A DNA stretch of 64,000 nucleotides from Mobula hypostoma (Eukaryota). A program made the translations under genes and the position numbers. The notes below the pieces were generated by a model. The model had not been told where the DNA came from and ran no database searches. It was given only the letters and a program-made list of their open reading frames with translations. Position 1 is the first letter of the stretch; each line of letters begins with the position of its first letter. The stretch lies in assembly GCF_963921235.1 (NCBI RefSeq), contig NC_086108.1:98706001-98770000 (forward strand), read 5' to 3'. Shown piece after piece: positions 47,363-60,048 of the stretch.

Positions 47363-48652
47363 AACACGAGAAAATCTGCAGATGCTGGAAATCCAAAACA
47401 AGACATACAGCATCTATGCAAAAGAGTTAAACAGTGGCCGTTTCAGGCCGAGACCCTTCACTAGGACTGGAAAGGAAGGGGGAAGTAGTCAGACTAAGAA
47501 GGTGGGGGGGGGGGAGAAGAAGGACAAGGTGGCAGGTGATAGGTGAAACCAAGAGAGGGGGGAGGGGTAAAATAAATAGATGGAAAGTCAATTGGTGAAA
47601 GAGGGAAAGGACTGGAGAAGGGGGCATCTAATAGTCATAGTCATACCTTATTGATCCCGGGGGAAATTGGTTTTCGTTACAGTTGCACCATAAATAATTA
47701 ACTAGTAATAAAACCATAAATAGTTAAATAGTAATATGTGAATTATGCCAGGAAATAAGTCCAGGACCAGCCTATCGGCTCAGGGTGTCTGACCCTCCAA
47801 GGGAGGAGTTGTAAAGTTTTATGGCCACAGGCAGGAATGACTTCCTATGACGCTCTGTGTTGCATCTCGGTGGAATGAGTCTCTGGCTGAATGTACTCCT
47901 GTGCCCAACCAGTACATTATGTAGTGGATGGGAGACATTGTCCAAGATGGCATGCAACTTGGACAGCATCCTCTTTTCAGACACCACCGTCAGAGAGTCC
48001 AGTTCCATCCCCACAACATCACTGGCTTTACGAATGAGTTTGTTGATTCTGTTGGTGTCTGCTACCCTCAGCCTGCTGCCCCAGCACACAACAGCAAATA
48101 TGATCGCACTGGCCACCACAGACTCATAGAGCATCGTCCGGCAGATGTTAAAGGACGCCAGTCTCCTCAGGAAATAGAGATGGCTCTGACCCTTCTTGTA
48201 GACAGCCTCAGTGTTCTTTGACCAGTCCAGTTTATTGTCAATTCGTATCCCCAGGTATTTGTAATCCTCCACCATGTCAACACTGACCCCCTGGATGGAA
48301 ACAGGGGTCACCAGTACCTTAGCTCTCCTCAGGTCTACCACCAGCTCCTTAGTCTTTTTCACATTAAGCTGCAGATAATTCTGCTCACACCATAGGAGAT
48401 GTCTGAAGACCATGGAAGAAAGGGAAGAGGGAGGTGATAGGAAAGGAGAGGTGCGAAAGGGAAACTGGAATGATGGAGGGGGGAGGGGCAGTTGCTGGAA
48501 GTTAAGAAATCGATGTTCCAATTGATGTTGAAAGCCACCCAGATGAAATATAAGGTGTTGCTTCTCCAACCTAAATGTGGCCTTATCATGGGAGTAGAGG
48601 CAATGGACTGACATGTCGGAATGGGAAATAGAATTGAAATGGGTGACTACCA
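47363..48652 (-). mobile_element. Older Penelope 3' fragment split by a Rex1/Babar insertion
   Basis: pLTR-like sequence with a decayed hammerhead (47432-47468), and the C-terminus VTHFNSISHSDMSVH..ATFRLEKQHLIFHLG at 48392-48652. Confidence 0.75.
47635..48391 (-). mobile_element. Rex1/Babar LINE, 5'-truncated
   Basis: WCEQNYLQLNVKKTKELVVDLRR...YKYLG...HLYFLRRL, a (TATGAC)n tail, and ATAG duplicated at both ends. Confidence 0.88.
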
Positions 48653-49946
48653 TTAAACCCGCCTCCCCTCCACTGTGCCTTGCTTATTAACTGTTATAAA
48701 TATTTTAACACAAGTATATTTGTATCTTGAGTCGTTGGAAGGGCTGCAGTCACAACAAACAGGGCAGGTGGGGTGAGTGTGAATTGGACCTGTGTGTGTG
48801 TGTGGTAGTGCCTGATCATTATATTGTGAAGTCATAAGCTGATGTCACTTTTAAAGTGTCTTTCACGGATAGCTTGACACAAATGGGAGACCAAATTCAA
48901 ATGGGTCAAATTAATGTCTGCTACCTTTGACATTGGATTTGTTCTACTGTCATGTGGTTTGATTAGTCTAGATGTAATCAATATTAGTTCACCGGGGAAG
49001 TTGAAGGCCCAATATCTAAGTCCGAGGCTGAAGACATCCTTTCCTGGGGTTGGAGGATTGTAAATGAGCTTGGATGGGTGGAAGGAAAGAACAGGGCTTG
49101 TTCTGCTGTTGCTGATTCTGTTCTGTTCTGTGTTTTTCTGCTGAACATTGTGGGCATACTATGTTGGCGCCAATTGTACGCAACCCCCTGCATACCTTCA
49201 GGTATGTTGGTTGTTAACACAAAGAATGCATTTCACTCTGTGCCCATGTACATGTGATCATTAAATTTGAATCTTGAATTGCAAACTGCATAACATCTAC
49301 TGTAATCCAGAAGGAATGACAAGGCTGAAATAACTAAAAAAAAAGGCAATTATAAACTTAAATACTATGGATCCTAGGAAGCTGAAATAAAAACCATATT
49401 TTGATAATCGGCATATTGCAAGAGGCTGTTCAGTAATGTACTTCTCTGGTACTGAAGTAGCAGCACATCGTGTACTTACTACCAGTGATGACAACGGATG
49501 TGTCTGAGATGTATTGGGCAGAGTCCACTATTCTGGAGCTTTTTGTGTTCCTGTGTATTTAAATTGCTGTACCAGACCATGATTCAGTCAGTTGTGGGTT
49601 GGGCTTGGAAAGATACTTCAAACATGAAGACAGAACCATCCACTGTCTCTGGCCTGTTGCAGAATTACCTCATTATCATTTTATGAAGTTATCTGTGATG
49701 GATGTAACCATCACAGGGAGATCAACTTGGAACAATGATGTAAGTGCCCTGTTACAAATGCTGAGCTGTTCAGTAATAGGTGGATTATCTCCTGTCCCCT
49801 GAAAAACAATTTCTGGTGATCGAATACTTCATTCCTGGCTTATTGTATGGAGTCACCTGCATAGTATGTCTACGTACAGGAGATATCACAACCTATACAT
49901 CTGTTGATTTGATAGAGGCAAAATAGGGCAAGAAAGTTTCCACGTA

Positions 49947-51559
49947 CAGTGTATTCTGGTTAATTGGGACCAGGACATTTTGCCCAATTAAGCGGTTGCC
50001 CCCATTAGCCAAAGTCTCACAGTGATAAGAGTGGGCTCCCTCACCTCTGACCCTCAACACAGGTGCCTCTCAGATCATTATTCTCTCTATACCCATGACT
50101 GTGTCGCCACCCACAGCTCCAATCTGCTAATTAAATTTGCTGATGACACCACTCTGTCCTAATCGCAAATAATAAGGAGGCAGCCTACAGAGAAGTCACC
50201 ACCCTGACACAATGGTGTCAAGAAAACATCCTCTCCCTCAATGTCACAAAAACAAAGGAGCTGGTTGTGGACTACAGGAGGAATGGAGACCGTCTAACCC
50301 CACTGACATCAATGGATCTGGGGTGGAGAGGGTGAACGGCTTTAAATTCCTCAGCATACACATCACCAAGGATCTCAGGTGTCTGTACATACAGGCTCAG
50401 ACAGTTGAAGAAGTTTGGTATGGGCCCCTGAATCCCAAGAACTTTCTACAGGGGCACTATTGAGACCATCCTGACTGGCTACAACACTGCCTGGTATGGG
50501 AACTTTACTTCCCTCAATGGCAGGATTCTGCAGAGATTAATATGGATAGCCCAGCGCATCTGTAGATGCTATTCAGGACTTTTACAAAGACGGGTGTGTA
50601 AAAAGGGCCCAAAGGATCATTGGGGACCTGAGTCACCCCAACCACAAACTGTTCCAGCTGTTACCATCAGGGAAACAGTACCACAGCATAAAAGCCAGGA
50701 CCAACAGGCTCTGGGACAGCTTCTTCCACCAGGTCATCAGACTGATTAATTCATGCTGATGCAATTGTATGTTTATATTATATTGACTGTCCTGTAATAC
50801 ATATTATTTATTACAGATTACTATAAATTGCACATTTAGACGGAGACATAATGTGAAGTTATTTACTCCATGTATATGAAGAATGTAAGAAAGTCAATTC
50901 AAATAGTTAAGGTATGAAAAGGACTAGCTGTCCTTTAACTGTGTAATAAGTTATGAAGTACAGAACAAATTAGAATATTATCAATACCAATACAATACAC
51001 TATCAGTACTATTAGTTCCTAATAGTTATTAATAGAAGACTTTATCCAATGTGTGCTGGTGTGTTCTTTTGATTGACTACAAATGGACAAAATCAACGCA
51101 GACACCTAGTGCAGATGATGGACTGCCTTTACCACTGCATTCTCCAAATCTACATTTTCATTGCAACGTTTAAGATGATGGTCGAGACCTTCAAATTTTT
51201 TGTAGTTCCTAACTTGGTAAAGTAATGAAATTATTTCATTTTTACTCCCGGCCATTTCTGGCATCTCCAAGCCTGAGTGCTTGAAACTGCAGTGAGCAAA
51301 ACATTTCAGAATTGTCTCACTGCTTGTTTGTTACCAACTATCAGCGACTAAAATCACTGCTTTTAGAACACAAACACGTGCACTGACGCTGTTTAAAAAC
51401 TGTTTGCTCTAAGTGTAGTGTAAATGGCCATACAAGTGTGTGCAACTGAATCTAGTTAGAAACTGTTCAGCAACAGACTCCTGTCCGATTAAATGGCATA
51501 GAGTCCCGAATAAGTCACTGCCCTGATAAACCGATGGCCCAGTTAACCAGAGTTCGCTA
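49947..51559. mobile_element. Tigger/pogo-like non-autonomous DNA element containing a Rex1 fragment (~50030-50900, +)
   Basis: TA|cagtgtattctggttaattggg ... cccagttaaccagagttcgcta are imperfect TIRs. The inner LINE shows KFADDT and WCQENILSLNVTKTKELVVD. Confidence 0.6.
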
Positions 51560-53288
51560 CATTATGGGCTATGAATAAAAGGCACAGGATGTTTACAAAT
51601 CAATAGTGTTTGCACAATAAAGTCATAGCCAAGGTCAGTACCTGAGCGCCCAAACCAAAACTTAATGCCATTTTTGGGATATCATTACAACGAAGAAAAG
51701 TTCACTACTGTTTTCTCATCAATGCATGACGGACAATGATTGTGTCCCTGACAACACTGGGATAAGTCATGGGAGCATGAAACATTGGAATTGCTTGTAC
51801 ACTGATGTATTATTGTTATTCTCCTTGTTGGCTCATTGAGCCCAACAAATCAAGAATACCTCAGTGATTTCTAATGTATGCTGAGTTGATCTCACATGCC
51901 AATTCTCCCCAACTTTTCTCTGAAGGATATTAATATGATTCTCAGTTGTAGAAAAAAAATCATTGTACATAATGTTCGTAAGCTTGAATTGAATTGAAAA
52001 CTTCTATATTTATTCTTCATTGCACAGTAAGTTACATTAACACCTGGTTGTCAGTGCCCTGGGATCCATTTGAACAGAGCTGATCTATTTTGGTTTTGAC
52101 CTTTGCTCAAAAGCTTCAAAAACCTTCTTTTTGCTTTGATGAGGACAGCATTTGCACATTTTGTAAATATACAGTTTTTTTTTAATGTAAACGATTAATG
52201 GTTTGGATTTTGTCAATCGCTGTGAAGCATTTAAGTGCATATTTCAGGAGTTCTGTCAGGGTCTATTTGTTAAATTCACATTGAAGTCTAGCAAAGTAGA
52301 ACTTAAGTCACTGAAAGAGTTGGAGATGATGTACCAGGAGGAAGAACCATGTGTAGCAGAAAGTGTAAAACCAATTCCATACACGTCATTATGATGTGCA
52401 AGAGAGTGATTTAAGAGCTTTGACAGAGTTCGTGCTGAACCCATCGTAGGACAGCAAACACAGGCTCTTGACCCACAATGTAGCTCGTACTGGCCTTGAC
52501 CTTATCGTCGGCCTGCAGTGCCACTAACTCTAAAACCTTATGCTGCGTTCTGTTATTGCTTTCCCTAATACTACAATGCACTTTTGTAATGAATGATCTG
52601 TCTGGACGGCAGACTAAGCAGGTTTTACACTGCACTTCAATACATGTGTCAATAATAAACCAAATTACTAATTTTAGAAGGAAATCGTTGGTAGAATGCA
52701 AATCAGAAGTTATTGGGACCTAATTGCTTCATTCTCTAGTTTGATTGCACTTAATATGTATCCAATTGTGGTTGTTGAAATATTAAAAATAGTTAAGATC
52801 TATTAGTAGTTAATGAGATTATTAACACGCAGCAGAATATTAAATCATAACAGAAAGGAACAGGGGAAATCTATTCAGGCCTTGTGTCTGGTGCAGCATT
52901 CGGGAAAATCATGGTCGTGCTTTTGCTCTCCTGCACTAACATATTCCTTGATTCTTTCTGAAACTATATCAGTCCCTGTTTTGAATACTCTAAACCTCTG
53001 AGTGGTGAACTACTCTTATAGTGAATTCCAAACATTGGCTGCCCTCTTGGTGAAGAGGTTATTGTCCTAAATGGCTGACTCTTCAATAATGTCAAACCCC
53101 TAAAGAGTTCTGTATGTTTCAATGAGATCACCACATTTTAGTGTTATTCCAGTGACGAAAGTGCTATTCAGGAAAGTATTGGGTTTTTCTGTTGAGGCTT
53201 GTGGTGTCTAAGAAATGCAAGATAGTTGTAGAATACTGAACTCTGCAGTGAGAGTCTAAAAAGAGAAATGGGCAAGTAAAACACAAGC

Positions 53289-53444
53289 AACACACATAAA
53301 AGTTGCATAAAAGAAGGGTCTTGGCCCGAAACGTCGACTGTACCTCTTTCCAGAGATGCTGCCTGGCCTGCTGCGTTCACCAGCAACTTTTATGTGTGTT
53401 GCTTGAAAGTCCAGCTTATACAGATTTCCTCGTATTTGCGGAAA
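53289..53444 (+). mobile_element. Penelope-derived fold-back mini-element, partial hammerhead
   Basis: 12-bp TSD taaaacacaagc (53277-53288 / 53445-53456), a 23-bp inverted repeat (53284-53306 vs 53383-53405), and gaagggtcttggcccgaaacgtcgac. Confidence 0.8.
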
Positions 53445-54644
53445 TAAAACACAAGCTATGTCTTGGATTGTTATCTGTAATTTAGTCAACCAGTGATTAG
53501 TAGTGGTTAACGTAGAGACTGGAGTGAATACCCTAGGATCTATTGAAAGATGACATTTCGATCTGTCAATGATCTGCATAAAAATGATTTTTAAAGAAAA
53601 TGGATAGGTAACAAGTCGTTATCTGTCTGTTCATTGATGTGTCTTATAATTTGAGCTTGTACTTCAAGATAGTGTGGGTGCCATAAGTGTATGAGTACTT
53701 CGGCCCAGGTAAACAAAACGTCTGATATACTTCATCATTATTGATCACAACTGATTATCGCCACAGTCAGACAGTGACTTCAAACAAGGGGGTTTTTAAT
53801 TTTGTTTTGTAAGTCTATTCAATGTGTGATATGAGTTGTGGGACCGTGGGAGGAAACAGGAGCACCCAGAGAAAACCCACATGGTCACGGGAGCTACAAA
53901 GCATTGTGCTAGCCGCTAAGCTACTGTGATGCCCTGTTCTTGTTATCTGGCTTGTGCGGACTATTATTTCTGTGAAATGTTTGTGTCTGTTGTGTGATTT
54001 TATGCTGAAAAGCTTTTCAGGAAATATTTCATTGTTACTTTCACCAGAGGGTGATCTATCTGGTTGAAAGTGGCATTTTGAGGAGGATTTGATACAGGGA
54101 GCTAGGATAGTTTTGGGGGTTGGTTTATATCTTTTACAAATGTAATGTATAATGCTTATCAGGCTACAAATATCATTAGCTGTATTTCTGGGAATTGTCT
54201 GAATAGATAAATAGACTGACCTTTTCAACTCCGTTCCAAAGTCACAGCTGTGCTTGGACAGCTTTAGTCAGTTATGCAACAGAAAACAGTCTTCACCTAG
54301 AAAGTCTCAAAGTGGTTAACTAAATGAATTCTTGATATTAATCCCACCATAGATATGCTACATGTTTCAGATTTAGATTCCTTTATTTATCACGTACGTC
54401 AAAAGATACAGTGAAATGTGTTTGCATTAACAGCCAGCACAATGTAAGGATGTGCCAGGGGCTGCTGCAGATGTCACCATGTCTTCTATCGACAACTTGT
54501 ATTACGGTTTACCATTTTGCTCTTCAGTTGATAAGGGCACAAGCTGCTGTAGTGAAGGAACGTGAATTTAGAAAGGACTTAGGAGTTATCAATGTTCACG
54601 ATTTTCTCACAAAATATGTCTGATTTAAACAATCTGTTCCTACA

Positions 54645-56165
54645 TTCATTGGCCTAATCTCAAATAATAACGAGGCAGCCTACAGAGAAGAAGTCATCAC
54701 CCTGCCACAGTGGTGTCAAGAAAACAACCTCTCCCTCAATGTCACAAAAACAAAGGAGCTGGTTGTGGACTACAGGAGGAAAGAAGACAGGCTAGCCCCT
54801 ATTGACATCAATGCATCTGGGGTTGAGAGGGGGAACAGCTTTAAGTTCCTCAGAATGAACTTCACCGAAGATCTCACATGGTCTGCACATACCAGCTGTG
54901 TGATGAAAAAGGCACAATAGCGCCTCTTTCACCTCAAGCGGTTGAAGAAGTTTGGCATGAGACCACAAATCCTAAGGGTTTTCTACAGGGGCACAATTAA
55001 GAGCATCCTGACTGGCTGCATTACTGCCTACTGTGGGAACTGTATTTCCCTCAATCGCAGGACTCTGCAGAGTGTGCAGGTAGCCCAGCGTATCTGTAAA
55101 TGTGAACTTCCCACTATTCAGGGCATTTATAGAGACGAGTGCGTAAAAAGGGCCCAAAGGATTATTGGAGACGTGAGTCACCCCAACCACAAACTTTTCC
55201 AGCTGCTACCATCTGGGAAATGATGGTAAAAGCCAGGACCAGCAGCTTCTTCCACCAGGACATCAGACTGATTAATTCATGCTGATACAATTATATTTCT
55301 ATGTTATATTTTTTAGATTATGAGAACACTCAGTCCTCTTTTATTGTCATTTAGAAATGCATACATGCATTAAGAAATGATACAATGTTTCTCCAGAGTG
55401 GTATCACAGAAAACAGGACAAATCAAAGACTAACACTGACAGAACCACATAATTGTAACATATAGTTACAGCAGTGCAAAGCAATACTATAATTTGATGA
55501 AGAACAAACCGTGGGCATGGTAAAAAAGAGACTCAAAGTCCCCGAGTCGATCGACTCCCAAGTCCCTGATAGTAGGCGGCAAAAGGGAGAAACTCCCTGC
55601 CATAAACCTCCAGGCACCGTCAACTTGCCGATGCCTTGGAAGTAGCCGACCACAGCCGACACTGAGTCCGTCCGTCCGAAAATTTCGTGCTTCCGACCAG
55701 CCCCTCCGATACAGCCTCCCGAGCACCTTCGACCTAGCCTCGGCTGCTGAAACAAGCAAAGCCAAGGATTTGGGGCCTTCTGCTCCGGAGATTCCAGTTA
55801 CCACACAATAGCAGTGGCAGCAAAGCAGGCATTTCAGAAGTTTTCCAGATGTTCCTCCGTACTCTCACGACCGTCTCCATCAAATCAGAATTGTGCACGG
55901 TCCCCTACTTGACAGATTACAGATATCATTCACCGGAGAGGCCGCATGCGCTGCATCGCACCGCCATCTTCTCCTCCTTGACTATCCTGTTGTACATGCT
56001 ATTTATTACAAATTACTATAAATTGCATATTTAGCCAGAGACATAACATAGAGATTTTTACTCTTCATGTATGTGAAGGATGTAATTTTCATGTATGTGA
56101 AGGATGTCATTAATCTTCATGTATGTGAAGGATGTCATTAATAGTCGGTTCAGTTCAGTTCAATG
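54645..56165 (+). mobile_element. Rex1/Babar 3' fragment interrupted at 55311-55977
   Basis: WCQENNLSLNVTKTKELVVDYRR and ORF 54942..55223. The 3' UTR atgttatatt|gactatcc is split by an insertion. Confidence 0.8.
55311..55977 (-). mobile_element. Short non-coding retroelement with LINE-like 5' end
   Basis: The minus strand begins ggaggagAAGATGGCGGtgcg and ends ...gacAATAAAagaggactgagtgttctcataatct. The same 3' end occurs alone at ~38433-38505. Confidence 0.6.
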
Positions 56166-56319
56166 CATATATAATATAGTTTGAAATGTGGGATACCATT
56201 TGCTAGAAGATCAGCGTGGTCAACCATACATGAAGCCAAAAGAGATGGAGTATCTTAAATGGATTTTTTTGTATCTGTGTTTACTAGGGAGAGGGACACA
56301 GTCTATAGAAGTGATAGCT

Positions 56320-56760
56320 TCTGTCTAACCGATCTTACAGCTTTTCAAGGAGGTTACCAGGAAAGTTGATGAAAGAATGACAGTGGATGTTGTCTACATG
56401 GACTTTGAATAGGTTAGGACTTTGTTCTCTGGAGCATAGGAGACTGGGGGTGGGTGTGCGGTTTGATGGAGATATACAAAATTGAGTGGTATAGATCAGG
56501 TAAATGCAAGCAAGCTTTTTTTTACTGAAGTTGGATGAGACCAGGATGTGAAGTAATGGTTTAAGGGGAACATTAAGGGAAACTTCTCCACTTAGAGGGT
56601 GGTGCGAGTGTGAAACAAGCTGTCAGTGGAATTGGATGCGGGCTTGATTTCAACATTTAAGAGAAGTTTGAATAAGTACATGGATGGTAGGTGAATGGAG
56701 AGCTGTGGTACATTTGCAGGTCAATGGGCCCGAGAGCCTGTTTCTCGTCTGTAGTACTGA
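56320..56760 (+). mobile_element. Decayed, internally deleted CR1
   Basis: EVTRKVDE..TVDVVYMDF is joined to C-terminal and 3' UTR remnants. Confidence 0.65.
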
Positions 56761-57379
56761 ATGAATAAGTAATTTGTAACATGGGGTTATATGAACCTTT
56801 TTGCTTTTCACTGAGTTACACTTTTAAGATAAATGTTAGTTGTGAAAGTTTGTAGTTGGACCTGAGGGTCTCACTTCATGCTAAGGGATGAAATTTTCAG
56901 TGAGAAATATTTTTGGAATTTACCAGGGAAGTTCAGATTTTTTAAAATGTATTTGCTATTCTTGAATCTAAGTGATAGCTGAGTGACCTCTTGGATCTTG
57001 ATTGCTTTGTAATTCTAGCATTGCTTGCTTTTAGAGTTGCGAAAGTCAAATATTCCAAGGGACAAGGCAAGCATTTCCCCAGATTGCTGTAATCTTTTAT
57101 CATAGTACTTGAATTTACTCCCATGTCCTTTTCAACTGCTGACATGTCACATGTTGGCTCATCAATGACAAAGCAAATCGCATCCTTTTGTCAAAGGCAC
57201 AGTCTCTGGCAGTTATTCTCAGTGTTTGGATTGGCTTTAATGAAATTCTGCAGACTGAGAGTTCGGACTGTGTAACTGAGATAAATGATTCTAAATCTAT
57301 GGGTTTGTACTCATTTTGTTTTTTTACTAACATTTACAACAATATTGTAGTTACAGTATTTTTGTTTGTTGCCTTTTAG

Positions 57380-57486
57380 TGGAGATCCATTACCCAGAGT
57401 GCAGTGTCCAAACCATCCAGATGCCATACTGGTGGAAGATTACCGGGCCGGTGATATGATCTGTCCAGAATGTGGACTGGTTGTAG
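57380..57486 (+). CDS. GTF2B: TFIIB exon 2 (zinc ribbon), 107 nt
   Basis: Acceptor ccttttag, then (R)[35 protein letters not shown](G), then donor gtaaaa. This is the TFIIB CxxH...CxxC zinc ribbon. Exon 3 was not found in the window. Confidence 0.97.
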
Positions 57487-57929
57487 GTAAAAGAAGTATT
57501 TATGTTACATACTGTCATCTGTAAAATATGAAGTCAGTGTATAAATTTGCTATTATAGTTTTCCTTCTCTTATTAATTACATATATATGAGATGGTGTAA
57601 AGGAAAAGAAAACTTAAATGACTTCCTTTAGTTTTGGAATTGAAAACTGAAAGTAACTTTGTTCCGTGGCATGCAGAGCTTGGTTGCTCATTATTGGTCA
57701 GTTATGCACAATCGAAGACCAGTGTTTATGTCCAACAAAACACCACCAGCATCTTATGTCCAACATCTTATCTGTTAACCTGTGTTTGCCAGTTCCTGGC
57801 CTGAACTTTTTGTGGCTTTGGAATTATCTAGACTGCCTTTTGTGTCCAAAAATGTACTTTTGCTTAACAAATGTTACGTGTCTGTGGCATCACTTAAAGC
57901 CAATAATGATAAAATAATGTAATTTGCAT

Positions 57930-58935
57930 TTCAATTCAATTCAAAAAACTTTATTGTCATTCTAACCGTACATCAGCTCTGCAGGGCAGAATGAGACAGC
58001 GTTTCCCAGGAGCAGTGCAATCATAACATAACAAACACAACACTAAATAATAAGCATAACAATAAATAGTAAAACACAACAGCCACATGTCAGTTAAAAT
58101 CAAGTTATAAGTGTCCAGTGCAAGTTAAAAGTGTCCAAAGCAGAGTCAGCTAGAGCAGCTATTTAGCAGTCTGACTGCCTGTGGGAGGAAGCTGTTCAGT
58201 AGCCTTGTGGTTTTAGTTTTGATGCTCCTGTAACGTTTGCCTGATAGCAGAAGAACAAACAGTTCATGGAGAGGGTGTGAGGGGTCTTTAATGATGTACC
58301 GTGTCTTCTGGAGGCATCGACTCTGAAAGAGGTCTTGGACAGAAGGTAGGGAGACCCCAATAACCTTCTCTGCTCCCCTAACCACCCTCTGCAAGGCTTG
58401 TTTGTCGACAGCACTGCAGCTGGAGTACCAGGTTGTGATGCAAAAGGTCAGCACACTCTCAACCACGCCTCTGTAGAATGTAGTTAAGATGTTAGTGGGG
58501 AGTGATGCTTGTTTAAGCTTCCTCAGAAAGTGCAATCTCTGCTGGGCCCGTTTCACAATCCCAGTGGTGTTCCTGGACCAGGTGAGATTGTCCGAGATCT
58601 GCACCCCAAGAAACCTGATGTTTTCCACTCTCTTCACTGTGGAGCCGCTGTTGCTGAGGGGTGTGTGCTCAGGCTAAGACCGTCTGAAATCGACAATCAT
58701 CTCCTTGGTTTTGGTGACATTAAGCACCAAGTTGTTATCACTGCACCAGCTCTCTACGTGTTTGACCTCCTCCCTGTACATAGTTTCATCATTTTTGCTG
58801 ATGAGCCCCACCACTGTGGTATCATCTGCAAATTTAATGATCAGGTTCTCCTTGAATCTGGCTGCACAGTCATGTGTTAGCAGTGTAAACAGCAATGGGC
58901 TAAGCACACAGCCTTGTGGGGATCCAGTGCTCAGC
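57930..58935 (-). mobile_element. Rex1/Babar LINE (second family), 5'-truncated
   Basis: PQGCVLSPLLFTLLT, KFADDT, WCSDNNLVLNVTKTKEMIVDFRR, ORF 58146..58637 and a (ttgaa)n tail. Confidence 0.9.
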
Positions 58936-59677
58936 GTTTCTTCAGAGAAAAGGGCAGGCTGATTTTAAATTGGTGGTGATTTTTTTTGTTGGTCTCGGTT
59001 TTATACTATTTAATAGGGGAGTAGATCCAAGTACAGCAGTTCATATGAAATTAAACCAATGTTATCTATTTGCTCCATTCTTTCAAATGGTTCTGTTGAT
59101 TATCAGAGCATGTATACAGTATACAACCTGAAATTCTTGTCTTTTATGCACTTTGATTGTTCGTTGTGTGCTTGTTAGTTTGTTATCCAACTAAGGACAT
59201 GTCTGCTTTGGTGTTGGCTCTCAAATCCTGTATAACTGCCTCTAGGCTCCTAAGGATCTTTCCTTCTTTGCTTCTTAGTACATTTCTCATGCCTGGCACG
59301 TTTTTCCAAAATCTCCCAGCCAGGTGTCATAAGACTTTTAGCGCATATTCTCATGCACACCACCACCTAGCTGTATTGATACTGTCACACCACAGATAAC
59401 AGAACTGACCTCCATCACGACAGGAAGGTTTAAAGATATTGTATATCTCCTTTGAGAAATTCTAACGTCCTCATAAATACTTGGGAATCCCTGGCCTGTT
59501 GCCTTTCATCTTGAAAGAAGAACCGTTTTGGAAGACAAGGAAAAATAAGTCTCTATGATAGGAGCAAGTGAAGGCTATTCACACAGAACACATCAAACTA
59601 ATGTTCAGAAAGTTAAACATTTAAAGTAAATTTATTATCAAAGTATGAATGTATCTAACACTATATACTACCTTGAG

Positions 59678-59870
59678 AACGCAAACAACAGGAATTCTGC
59701 AGATGCTGGAAATTCAAGCAACACACATAAAAGTTGCTGGTGAACGCAGCAGGCCAGGCAGCATCTCTAGGAAGAGGTGCAGTCGACGTTTCAGGCCGAG
59801 ACCCTTCGTCAGGACCTCTTCCTAGAGATGCTGCCTGGCCTGCTGCGTTCACCAGCAACTTTTATGTGTG
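59678..59870 (-). mobile_element. Penelope-derived fold-back mini-element with hammerhead in the loop
   Basis: 13-bp TSD atactaccttgag (59665-59677 / 59871-59883), perfect 57-bp arms (59722-59778 / 59814-59870), and a loop (59779-59813) holding the hammerhead core. Confidence 0.9.
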
Positions 59871-60048
59871 ATACTACCTTGAGGTTCGTTTTCTTACGGG
59901 CATTCACAGGAAAATAAACACAATAGGATTAATGAAAGACTAAAATAATAAAGACATAAACAACCAATATGCAAAAGAAGACAAGTCATGGAAATAATAA
60001 AAAGGTAATAAATAATACTGACTTAAGTCTTTGAAAGTGAGTTCATAA

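Noticed and set aside
47772..48653. 293-aa ORF
   Set aside because: It is a chance in-frame join of a Penelope C-terminus/UTR and an inserted Rex1 fragment.
56062..56140. Three copies of ttcatgtatgtgaaggatgt
   Set aside because: This is a small slippage duplication in a LINE 3' UTR, with no sign of function.
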